From positions 32,001 to 96,000 of IMG/VR virus record IMGVR_UViG_3300024054_000269: a stretch of 64,000 nucleotides of DNA; one strand, 5' to 3'. Below the pieces are notes generated by a model. It saw only the letters and a list, made by a program, of their open reading frames with translations, had not been told where the DNA came from and did not search any database. The position numbers and the translations under genes are program-made. The stretch comes from a virus. Positions within the stretch are counted from its first letter, which is position 1, and each line of letters starts with the position of its first letter. Below are positions 9,342-17,315 of the stretch, piece by piece.

Positions 9342-9365
9342 TAATTTATTGATGTACCTTATAGC

Positions 9366-11021
9366 ATGTTGGATGTTGAAAAATATTCAATCTTGACTGA
9401 TAGTGGAAACAAAAAAATTATATTTAAATGTGAATTTTGTTCAAACAAATTTGAAACATTGTACAAGACTTTCTTACGTAGCAAACATGGTGCTTGTATC
9501 AAATGTAGATCATTAGCATCTGCATATTCACAAACCAATTCATCTAAAAATAAACATGAATTTTATCTTGAAAGAAGAAAAAACATAAATAAAAATCTGT
9601 TTAATATTGAAGCTACTATTGAAAAATTTGGTTATTCACCATTAGATCTGGTTAATGGTTCTAAGAAAAGAATAATAGCTAAATGTGAATTTTGTTTATT
9701 AGATTTCGAAACTCAATTTGACGTAATCAATAACGAATCAAATTTAATTGCTTGCAAAAAATGTGACGCTATTGCGTCTTCATATTCCAGGTCTAAAAGC
9801 ATTGAAAACAAACATGAATTTTATTTATCAAAAAGACCGAAATTAAACATTGATTGTCTTGATATTGAGGCTACAATTGAAAAATTTAATTATTCACCAC
9901 TGGATTTAAGCACATATTCTGCGAAAATTATAGTGGCTAAATGCGCATATTGTAGCAAAAAACTTGAAATTAGAATGTCTAAATATTCGCTTCGCGAAGG
10001 AAGGATTACGTGTTGGGGGTGTATGAGGAAAAAGACTGTCGAAACGCTAAAATTGAAATATGGTGTTGAATGCACATTGCAAATACCATCTGTTCTTAGC
10101 AAATTATCTAACCCAAAAACCGAGCAAATAGTCGAATCAGTGTTGAAAACTAGGTATAAATTAGATTATGTTCGCAATCATTCTATTGGTATTTATTCTT
10201 TTGATTTTTTCGTACCAAGTTGCAATTTGTTAATTGAATGTCATGGCGATTATTTTCATGACTTCAAAAAATTTGGTTATAGCGGGACACCAAAAGACAG
10301 AGCTAAGTCAACCTATGTTGAAAAATACACAAATCATAAATTAATTTGGGTTTATGAGCATGAAATTCACATAGGTAGAATCAATAAAATATTAGATTAT
10401 CATATACATAAGATTCTTGAACCACAATTGAATGTTGATTTGAAATATATAGAATTTAAACAAATAAATAACAAAGACGCACATACATTTTTATCTCAAT
10501 ATCATTACATTGGCAATCTCGGAACTGTTGCGACTTCGTTTGGAGCATTTTTCGGCGAAGTATTGATTGCTGTGTGTGTTTTTGGTGGTATTACACGTCA
10601 TCAATCAATTAAAAAGATTAACAAATTCTGTTCAACATCTTTTGGTCCAAAAGATGTTAGGGAATTAAGAAGATTTTGTATTAAACCGAACATCATTACT
10701 AAAAATATGGCAAGTTTCTGTTTGAAAAAATTTATTGATTTATATAATGATTACAATTCAAACATTAAAGCAATAATAAGCTTTTCAGATCCAACTGTAG
10801 GAGACATAGGAACTATATACAAAGCTTCAAATTGGAAACAAATGTCAGATTCAATCAAATCATATCATTATGTAGATCCAAAAACTAATCGTCAGATTCA
10901 TAAAAAGACAGTGTGGGACATGGCTAAAAGCAATCATATGAAAGAACAAGACTTTGTAAATAGTTGTGGATTGATAAAGGTTGTGGAATTGCCAAAAAAT
11001 GTCTGGCTGAAATTATTTTAG
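9366..11021 (+). CDS. Hef-like endonuclease: Zn-finger repeats + PD-(D/E)XK + Mom-like GNAT domain (copy 2, divergent)
   Basis: 86-aa CxxC repeats; FDFFVPSCNLLIECHGDYFH nuclease motif; FLSQYHYIG...ELRRFC...IISFSDPTVGDIGTIYKASNW Mom-like motifs. Confidence 0.75.
   Translation: MLDVEKYSILTDSGNKKIIFKCEFCSNKFETLYKTFLRSKHGACIKCRSLASAYSQTNSSKNKHEFYLERRKNINKNLFNIEATIEKFGYSPLDLVNGSKKRIIAKCEFCLLDFETQFDVINNESNLIACKKCDAIASSYSRSKSIENKHEFYLSKRPKLNIDCLDIEATIEKFNYSPLDLSTYSAKIIVAKCAYCSKKLEIRMSKYSLREGRITCWGCMRKKTVETLKLKYGVECTLQIPSVLSKLSNPKTEQIVESVLKTRYKLDYVRNHSIGIYSFDFFVPSCNLLIECHGDYFHDFKKFGYSGTPKDRAKSTYVEKYTNHKLIWVYEHEIHIGRINKILDYHIHKILEPQLNVDLKYIEFKQINNKDAHTFLSQYHYIGNLGTVATSFGAFFGEVLIAVCVFGGITRHQSIKKINKFCSTSFGPKDVRELRRFCIKPNIITKNMASFCLKKFIDLYNDYNSNIKAIISFSDPTVGDIGTIYKASNWKQMSDSIKSYHYVDPKTNRQIHKKTVWDMAKSNHMKEQDFVNSCGLIKVVELPKNVWLKLF
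9552..9960 (+). repeat. Intragenic repeat, 258-bp (86-aa) unit
   Basis: AAACATGAATTTTAT at 9552 and 9810; NKHEFYL...IEATIEKF.YSPLDL...IIAKC..C duplicated. Confidence 0.8.
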
Positions 11022-11335
11022 TTTGAATGTTTTTCCAGACTTTTCATTAGCCTTTCTTTTAATTTTGTTTGGTCTAGCGGTCCAACCACCTTATGTTTAA
11101 TTCTAGACAAAAAAAGGGTTGCTTTCAGGTCACCGTCTACCATTTTTAAGCTGACTGTTATTGGTTCTATTTTTCCATGTATTCTTATAAACCCGTTTGC
11201 CCTATAAACATAATCACCGACTTGGGTTTCTTTGAGATTCTTGAAATCAAATGACTCAATAAATTTCTTTATTTTGTCAGATATTTCAATTCTTAACAAT
11301 TTTGATCTTATCTTATTCAATCTATACTTATCCAT
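11018..11335 (-). CDS. Hypothetical protein (105 aa)
   Basis: Fills the gap on the minus strand, ATG start, 4-nt stop overlap with the convergent endonuclease; no recognised motif. Confidence 0.6.
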   Translation of the reverse strand: MDKYRLNKIRSKLLRIEISDKIKKFIESFDFKNLKETQVGDYVYRANGFIRIHGKIEPITVSLKMVDGDLKATLFLSRIKHKVVGPLDQTKLKERLMKSLEKHSN

Positions 11336-11383
11336 AATTCATAATATTTAGGTAATGATTAAATTTTCAATGGTATTTTATGA

Positions 11384-12877
11384 TTGATGTTTAAGAAATT
11401 AGCAACTTATTTACCACTTATGAGTGGTGATGAATATAATATACCAAAACAAATAACATCTTTAGTTAATTTCTTCTACGATGTGTATTTCAATAAAATA
11501 GACGAACGCGAACGGATGTGGCGAGAGTTAAATCCGCCAAGTGACATCCCGATGGACCCCATTCTTGCCTTAAAAGAAGAATGGTTAAACGCTGAAGTTC
11601 ACGATTTCATATGTATTAACCAATCATATCCAGCTTATGCAAAATCAAGGAACGCTTGGGCCTTCTTTAACTTATTGTTTGGTAAGAGTGCTTTATACGA
11701 AGTTTTTCCAGTTGTTGAAAACTGTCGATTCAAGGATCTGATTAAGAGTTTCTTTAAAATCGAACGTGAGCAGTTAAACATTGACCTTGGTATACCAGCA
11801 ACACTTCCAGTTTTCGGGCGTTATTTTATCACACATAAAGCAACCGGAGCGCATCTAGTAGTTGATTTTGATTTTTGTTTCCAACAACCATATACTTGTG
11901 ATATAAAAATATCAGCTTCTCCTAAAGATCAAGAAAGAGCTGAGGAGTTTTTCAAGAATGTTATTTGTGCACTTGCTGAACACGACATTTATCATAAGAA
12001 AATTCTTTCTTACAACAAAGGTTTCCTCGATTTCCAAGGCATTAAACCAACTCTTTGGAATGATTTGGTTTTAAAACCTGAAACAATAGAAAAAATTCGT
12101 GTAAACTCGGTCTGCGTTCTTGATAATATTGACGGTCTGAAACGCGTTGGTATGTGCCCGAATCGGAACACACTTCTCATTTCTCCGCCTGGCATGGGTA
12201 AAACCACCATTTTCAGGGCAATTAGCTGCGAGATGGTTGGAAATGCAACTTTAATTTGGTGCACGGGCAAGTCAATCAAATACCCAGAAGACGTTACTTC
12301 TTTGTTTGAAGCGGCTCGTGGTTTGACGCCATGTGCTGTAATAATAGAAGATATGGATCTTTTTGGTCGTGATCGTGGATCACTTTCCAATATGGAGAGT
12401 CAAGTTTTTAATGAATTTTTGGCTTGTTTGGACGGTGCTCAAGATAACTCTGGTTTGATAGTTTTGGCATCAACCAACGATGCTAAATCAATGGATTCTG
12501 CGTTACTTCAACGTCCGGGCAGGTTCCATGCTAAGGTTGAAATCCCATACCCAGATTTGTCAGATCGTCTTGCAATAATGAGAAAATTTCTCCATAGTTA
12601 TAAATGCACACCTGATGATAGCGTCAACAAAGAAGTTCTGAATAATATCGCCCAAATGATGGATGGTATGACCGGTGATTATCTTAAAGAACTAGTAAGC
12701 AGCATAACTTTGCGGGCAATCTCAGATGGTAGATCAACCCCGCATGGCGTTATATTTAACGCGTCTGACATGATAGCAGCTGGTGAACAAGTTTTGGATA
12801 ATTATCGTATTGGGAAAATGTCAAAAATGCACCACAAATATGACTCAGCAACTGAAGGTCCAACAGAAGCAGCCTAG
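11384..12877 (+). CDS. Classic-clade AAA+ ATPase (FtsH/CDC48/BCS1-like, no protease domain)
   Basis: Walker A SPPGMGKTT, Walker B VIIEDMD, sensor-1 LASTND, SRH ALLQRPGRFHAKVEIPYPD. Confidence 0.9.
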   Translation: MMFKKLATYLPLMSGDEYNIPKQITSLVNFFYDVYFNKIDERERMWRELNPPSDIPMDPILALKEEWLNAEVHDFICINQSYPAYAKSRNAWAFFNLLFGKSALYEVFPVVENCRFKDLIKSFFKIEREQLNIDLGIPATLPVFGRYFITHKATGAHLVVDFDFCFQQPYTCDIKISASPKDQERAEEFFKNVICALAEHDIYHKKILSYNKGFLDFQGIKPTLWNDLVLKPETIEKIRVNSVCVLDNIDGLKRVGMCPNRNTLLISPPGMGKTTIFRAISCEMVGNATLIWCTGKSIKYPEDVTSLFEAARGLTPCAVIIEDMDLFGRDRGSLSNMESQVFNEFLACLDGAQDNSGLIVLASTNDAKSMDSALLQRPGRFHAKVEIPYPDLSDRLAIMRKFLHSYKCTPDDSVNKEVLNNIAQMMDGMTGDYLKELVSSITLRAISDGRSTPHGVIFNASDMIAAGEQVLDNYRIGKMSKMHHKYDSATEGPTEAA

Positions 12878-12922
12878 ATATAGTTTTAATGAGCCGTAGA
12901 AAACAGCAAATAGAGGATAAAT

Positions 12923-13459
12923 ATGAGCTCCATTCAGGAATCAGTTAAAATTTTAGTTGCTTCAACTCAGCGTTTAGCTGAAATGGATCCTAAGGACGAT
13001 GCAATTGCTCGTTCGGTTAAGAATCTTGAACAACAAGTTTCCATGCTTCGAGAACAACTGAAGGGATCACGTTCCTGGTCAAAAAACTCAATGGAACATG
13101 ATATTGAATTTCTTCAGGAAGAAATCAAACGTCTTCGTTCAGCAGCTGAAATTCCGTTGAATAATTGGAAGAGAATCAACACTATAATTGAAGGCCTGCA
13201 AAGGGTTGCAGCGTTAGCATCCAGACCACAAAATTCAGAGCTTGCACCGAAAATTAAAGAATTGACCATTAAAATAGCTGGCCTCTTTCAAGAAGTTGAT
13301 ACATCAGCCGATCTTGACCGCCCATTGGAACAGATTCAAGACGCAGTTTCAAAACTGTATGGCCCAGACTTGAATGATCCAATGGCTTACATGTTTGAAA
13401 AGCGTAATAAAGGTCATCACGAGAAAAGATATGATAAAGATCCTTATACAAAGAAGTAA
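12923..13459 (+). CDS. Hypothetical alpha-helical protein (178 aa)
   Basis: ATG with GAGGA SD; heptad-rich; no family recognised. Confidence 0.7.
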   Translation: MSSIQESVKILVASTQRLAEMDPKDDAIARSVKNLEQQVSMLREQLKGSRSWSKNSMEHDIEFLQEEIKRLRSAAEIPLNNWKRINTIIEGLQRVAALASRPQNSELAPKIKELTIKIAGLFQEVDTSADLDRPLEQIQDAVSKLYGPDLNDPMAYMFEKRNKGHHEKRYDKDPYTKK

Positions 13460-13461
13460 TC

Positions 13462-13710
13462 TTGCCAATTGATACTACTCCTATAATCCCAAAGCTTTCC
13501 CCGGGCATAGGATGGCATTTAGGGGAAGATGGTAAATGGGCTGAAGAAAAGATTTCTGCAGACGTTTTAGAGACTGCAAAATTTACTAATTATTTAACTA
13601 TTTTTGGTTATAGGGCTTCGGTCTTCGAGACGCCAGAGGGCGACCTTTGGGCACAAAAGACTGATTTGAGTAAATTAGCCTTTATAGCTTCAAAAATAAC
13701 CAATCTGTAA
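13462..13710 (+). CDS. Hypothetical protein (82 aa)
   Basis: TTG start 2 nt after the upstream stop; fills the gap. Confidence 0.55.
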   Translation: MPIDTTPIIPKLSPGIGWHLGEDGKWAEEKISADVLETAKFTNYLTIFGYRASVFETPEGDLWAQKTDLSKLAFIASKITNL

Positions 13711-13739
13711 ATTTTAATTTTGGTTTTGTACATTCAGAT

Positions 13740-15050
13740 GTGAGTCTGGATCGAAATATTTGGATTTCTACTCTGAATTCGATGGCCGTGGCTGTCAATA
13801 AGATGGCCAAAGCAGATACAATTACATACGGTGAGTTATTTTCACATGTTAAAAAAGATAAAATTTCATATCTTTCGCCAATTATGCAGAAAGCAGTTTT
13901 ATCGTATTTGTCAAGTCAAAAAATTATAGATATAAAATTGTCTGACAATTTAGAGAATGACACAATAATATCACTAGATAAAGCTAATCTGATTAACATT
14001 TATAATTCATTTGTACGCGGCAATAGAAAAGAAATTGAGAAACTCTTTAATGAAGGTCAAAAAATAATTAAAGAAATTGCTGACAATCAATCGAAGTTGC
14101 ACGCTACAAAAGATGAACCTGAAAAATCTGAACCTGAAAAAGATGAACCTGAAAAATCTGATAAACTAATCGTTTCAGAGCCGGAGCCGAGTCCGGAGCC
14201 GAGTCCGGCCCCTCCAAACCGTTATCAATTTACTAAAGAACAAAAAGATCGGCTTGAATGGGCAGAATATGCAATTTTATGTTTGTCAGATTACAATTGG
14301 GTGACACGCAATGATTTGTTTCCTGATAAGTCCATCAATTCTGGATGGCGTGTTCGCTTTATGGGAAAGTTAAAGGCTGCTGGGTGCCTTAAAAAATCTG
14401 GAGTAAAAAAATATACAAAATGGAAAGGCGTAGAGGAAAAGATTGATAAACTATTAAAATATGATAATTTAGTTGAATTCTTGTTTCCAGGAATTGCTTC
14501 GCAGCCAATTTTAACTCAATCAAATACTGAAAAAATCAGAATTGGAAAGTCTGGCAGATTTATAATAAATAGCATCCAAGATAACTCTACTGTGTCATAT
14601 TGGGTTGATCATAATTCGTTAGTTGATTTATTAAAAAATAACGGACATAGGTCAGATAATATCACCAGAAGTATTAATCGTTTGATGGCTTACGGCATTT
14701 TGATTGAAAATGACGGTAAATACTCATTGAGCAAATTTGGTTCGGACGTTAAACATGGCAGACTTAAAGATGAACCAATATTTAATGATGATGAAGATGA
14801 AATAACAAACGATGATGAAAATGAAAATGAAAATGAAAATGAAAATGAAAATGAAAATGAAGAGTCGCTAGTTGTAAGTTCATCAAGTGATGATGCATTT
14901 AGCATGATCTTAGACAGGATGTCTAAATATCTTGAAATTTTTGAATCTCAATCTGAACAATTCAAAGAAATAAACAACAAAATTAGCGAGATTAATGGAA
15001 AACTAAATGCTATCTTAGATGCAATGAACGTGAACAAGCACCATGGATAG
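13740..15050 (+). CDS. Putative multi winged-helix DNA-binding protein with low-complexity linkers
   Basis: Three wHTH-like segments (ITYGELF...LSYLSSQKII; VTRNDLF...MGKLKAAGCLKKSG; ITRSINRLMAYGILIENDGKYSLS), EP/EN linkers and a C-terminal coiled coil. Confidence 0.55.
   Translation: MSLDRNIWISTLNSMAVAVNKMAKADTITYGELFSHVKKDKISYLSPIMQKAVLSYLSSQKIIDIKLSDNLENDTIISLDKANLINIYNSFVRGNRKEIEKLFNEGQKIIKEIADNQSKLHATKDEPEKSEPEKDEPEKSDKLIVSEPEPSPEPSPAPPNRYQFTKEQKDRLEWAEYAILCLSDYNWVTRNDLFPDKSINSGWRVRFMGKLKAAGCLKKSGVKKYTKWKGVEEKIDKLLKYDNLVEFLFPGIASQPILTQSNTEKIRIGKSGRFIINSIQDNSTVSYWVDHNSLVDLLKNNGHRSDNITRSINRLMAYGILIENDGKYSLSKFGSDVKHGRLKDEPIFNDDEDEITNDDENENENENENENENEESLVVSSSSDDAFSMILDRMSKYLEIFESQSEQFKEINNKISEINGKLNAILDAMNVNKHHG
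14110..14213 (+). repeat. Short in-frame tandem repeats (15-nt GAACCTGAAAAA-xxx x3; 12-nt CCGGAGCCGAGT x2)
   Basis: Read directly; encode DEPEKSEPEKDEPEKS and EPEPSPEPSP. Confidence 0.75.
14817..14858 (+). repeat. (GAAAAT)7 in-frame microsatellite encoding (EN)7
   Basis: Seven perfect hexamers counted. Confidence 0.9.
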
Positions 15051-15900
15051 ACCTGAATTAATAGCAAAATACCGTTTTGCGAAAACGGACCGAGAAAAAG
15101 CTGATATAGAGCTTCAAATCTGGAATGCCATACCAAGACATGAACGTACTGGCGTTGGTATGGCTAAACAACTTAGACCATTGCTTAATATTCCTTTATA
15201 TCAAATTTCAAATCGCTACCAAATTTCTTTGGCTGGTAAGGATTTTGAATTCCTTTGGGATAAAATCGAAAGTGGTATGACATTAGGAACCGCCACAAGA
15301 ATAATTAATGAAGCTAGGAATGCAGCAAAAAAGCATGATTTGAAAATCAAGGATGTAATACCAAAAATTGTAGAGGCCTATGATTCAATTGGGTACGGAA
15401 CGACGCTTAAATCTGGAAAGGTTATAAGGAAAAGAACGTTTCAAAATTTAATATTTGAACCACCAAACGCAGATATGTTGTCTGTTTTAACCGATCAAAT
15501 ATATGAAATTGTACTTAATGGATGTCGGGTTTACGAATATGATAAATATAAAATTCTTCAAGAATTGAAGATTGATCTTGAAATATTGGTCAAAGAATAC
15601 AAAAGAAAAATCAACAAACTTGACCGAAAGAATGCAATTGATCAAGAATCATTAATGATGGATGACGTTGTGAATGCTTGTGAAATACTTGGCATTGACA
15701 TTCCACAAATTGGTGAAAGTGTAAACTCAAATGAGGTAAAATCTAAAGTTAGGTCTAAGGCTAAGATTTATCATCCAGATGTACATGGCGGAAGTGAATC
15801 CACAAGACACAAATACGAAGAAGTTATGTGGTCGTATAAAGTTCTCCAAGAATATAACGAAAATTTTGCAAATCAAAAAATAAAAAGGTCTAGACGATGA
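15043..15900 (+). CDS. Protein with C-terminal DnaJ J-domain and N-terminal ParB/KorB-like helical region
   Basis: ACEILGI...VKSKVRSKAKIYHPDVHGG...YEEVMWSYKVL is a J-domain with the HPD motif; the N-terminal HTH call is tentative. Confidence 0.7.
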   Translation: MDRPELIAKYRFAKTDREKADIELQIWNAIPRHERTGVGMAKQLRPLLNIPLYQISNRYQISLAGKDFEFLWDKIESGMTLGTATRIINEARNAAKKHDLKIKDVIPKIVEAYDSIGYGTTLKSGKVIRKRTFQNLIFEPPNADMLSVLTDQIYEIVLNGCRVYEYDKYKILQELKIDLEILVKEYKRKINKLDRKNAIDQESLMMDDVVNACEILGIDIPQIGESVNSNEVKSKVRSKAKIYHPDVHGGSESTRHKYEEVMWSYKVLQEYNENFANQKIKRSRR

Positions 15901-16433
15901 AACCAAAGAGGAATAAGATGGCGACGAATGTGAAAGTTACTGGATACGAAGCACCCGGTAAGATGAAGACCCTGTCGCATCGGGTCGCACATTTTCTGAA
16001 TTGGGGTGCTCAGCACATGCCTTATGTGTATTTTTCGTACAACGTGATTGTCCGAGAAATTAATGGATTTACTAATACTCCACGACACGACAACCCGCAA
16101 GTCGACGCAGTTAGAAAGTGCATGCAATCTGTGAAGCGCATTATGTTGCGCGATTCTGGGCGTGGCTTTCATGCTAAAAAGAATGAAGGCGTAAGAGCGA
16201 CGGTTGATGACTTGGACAAGATCGAATATGACATGGTCCCACGTCAAAGTCGCATCAACTCCTCAGTTCAGGTTCAGAAGCAAGTCGCCTCAACTGTAAA
16301 GCATGATCGTCTTCCAGCAACCGAGCGAGGGAAAATACTTTCTAAGTTCCTTCATGGTGTAAAGAACGAAATTCGTTTTTTGGAAGAAGAAAAACGAATT
16401 ATGGCTCTCTTGCCAGAGAAATCCAAAAAGTAA
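15897..16433 (+). CDS. Hypothetical protein (178 aa)
   Basis: ATGA overlap with the upstream gene; basic; no family recognised. Confidence 0.7.
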   Translation: MKPKRNKMATNVKVTGYEAPGKMKTLSHRVAHFLNWGAQHMPYVYFSYNVIVREINGFTNTPRHDNPQVDAVRKCMQSVKRIMLRDSGRGFHAKKNEGVRATVDDLDKIEYDMVPRQSRINSSVQVQKQVASTVKHDRLPATERGKILSKFLHGVKNEIRFLEEEKRIMALLPEKSKK

Positions 16434-16434
16434 T

Positions 16435-16656
16435 ATGGCGTTTACCCGAAAAGATCTGGACAGTTTTCGGTGCGATAACCCGAGTTGCACCGAAAAACAT
16501 GGTCCATTGATATTGCATAGCATTTGTCACCCGAATGACCCAACATGGTCATTCTATGATTATAACAATGGGATTTTGACTGTTAAATGTTCAATCTGTG
16601 AATCTGAAATAGCAGAAATTTTAGTTGCTGTGTGCAATGAATTGGATAAGAATTAG
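16435..16656 (+). CDS. Small Cys/His-rich putative zinc-binding protein
   Basis: CDNPSC, HSICH and CSIC motifs; 1 nt after the upstream stop. Confidence 0.6.
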   Translation: MAFTRKDLDSFRCDNPSCTEKHGPLILHSICHPNDPTWSFYDYNNGILTVKCSICESEIAEILVAVCNELDKN

Positions 16657-16804
16657 CGGTCCAAAGTGGACTTTCGTTATAATTGAAAAAGACGGTGTTG
16701 TCGTTGATTCCCCGCCAATTTCAAAGTGGGCGATCGGAAAACCACTGGAAATGGTTCTTGTTTGGTGGGCCAAGAAGGGTGCCGATAAAATAACTAAACT
16801 TTAA
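16637..16804 (+). CDS. Small hypothetical phage protein (55 aa), absent from the ORF track
   Basis: ATG at 16637: MNWIRISGPKWTFVIIEKDGVVVDSPPISKWAIGKPLEMVLVWWAKKGADKITKL*; fills the only gap before the minus-strand genes. Confidence 0.6.
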   Translation: MNWIRISGPKWTFVIIEKDGVVVDSPPISKWAIGKPLEMVLVWWAKKGADKITKL

Positions 16805-17315
16805 CTTGGTCGATCTTTAATTGATGTTGCTTCCAGATTTTTATTCTATGACAATTAACGCATATTAAATCGCACTTTTCAATCTCCAGTATAATCTTTT
16901 CTTTTGAGTATTTGCTGTTTTTCATTTGTGATACTGGTTTAAATTTTTTCTTTTGGTTTCTATGATCGAAATTCAAACTCCAATATCTAAATTGATGGCC
17001 GCAATTTGAACATCTGCGGTTATCCTTGATTGAATTCAACCAATTTGTAAGTTCTACGAGCTTGTTGCTAACGCATGTGTTTTGCACGTTTTGATTAAAT
17101 TTATTACTGTTACAATTAGCACAAATAAGATGATGTTTTCTTATTTTGTTTAAAATGGTTTTTGTACTGACCGTATACATTTTGTGAAGTGATATTTGTA
17201 CATCAAATTCCATTGCTGAAAAATGGAATTTTCCACCACATTTATAACATGGCCCTGATTTCAAATTTTGAACAAAATTTCTTATTCTGTTTCGTTTAAT
17301 TCTTGTTTTCAACAT
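16794..17315 (-). CDS. Tandem HNH endonuclease-like protein (first copy degenerate)
   Basis: CSNCG...NFDHRN...EIEKCDLICVNCHR is intact; the first copy CYKCG...EFDVQ...LICANCNS lacks the key His residues. Confidence 0.75.
   Translation of the reverse strand: MLKTRIKRNRIRNFVQNLKSGPCYKCGGKFHFSAMEFDVQISLHKMYTVSTKTILNKIRKHHLICANCNSNKFNQNVQNTCVSNKLVELTNWLNSIKDNRRCSNCGHQFRYWSLNFDHRNQKKKFKPVSQMKNSKYSKEKIILEIEKCDLICVNCHRIKIWKQHQLKIDQVKV

Noticed and set aside
12923-13710. R/K-x-A motifs as prohead-protease sites of internal head proteins
   Set aside because: The motif is too short and common to support without homolog or proteomic data.
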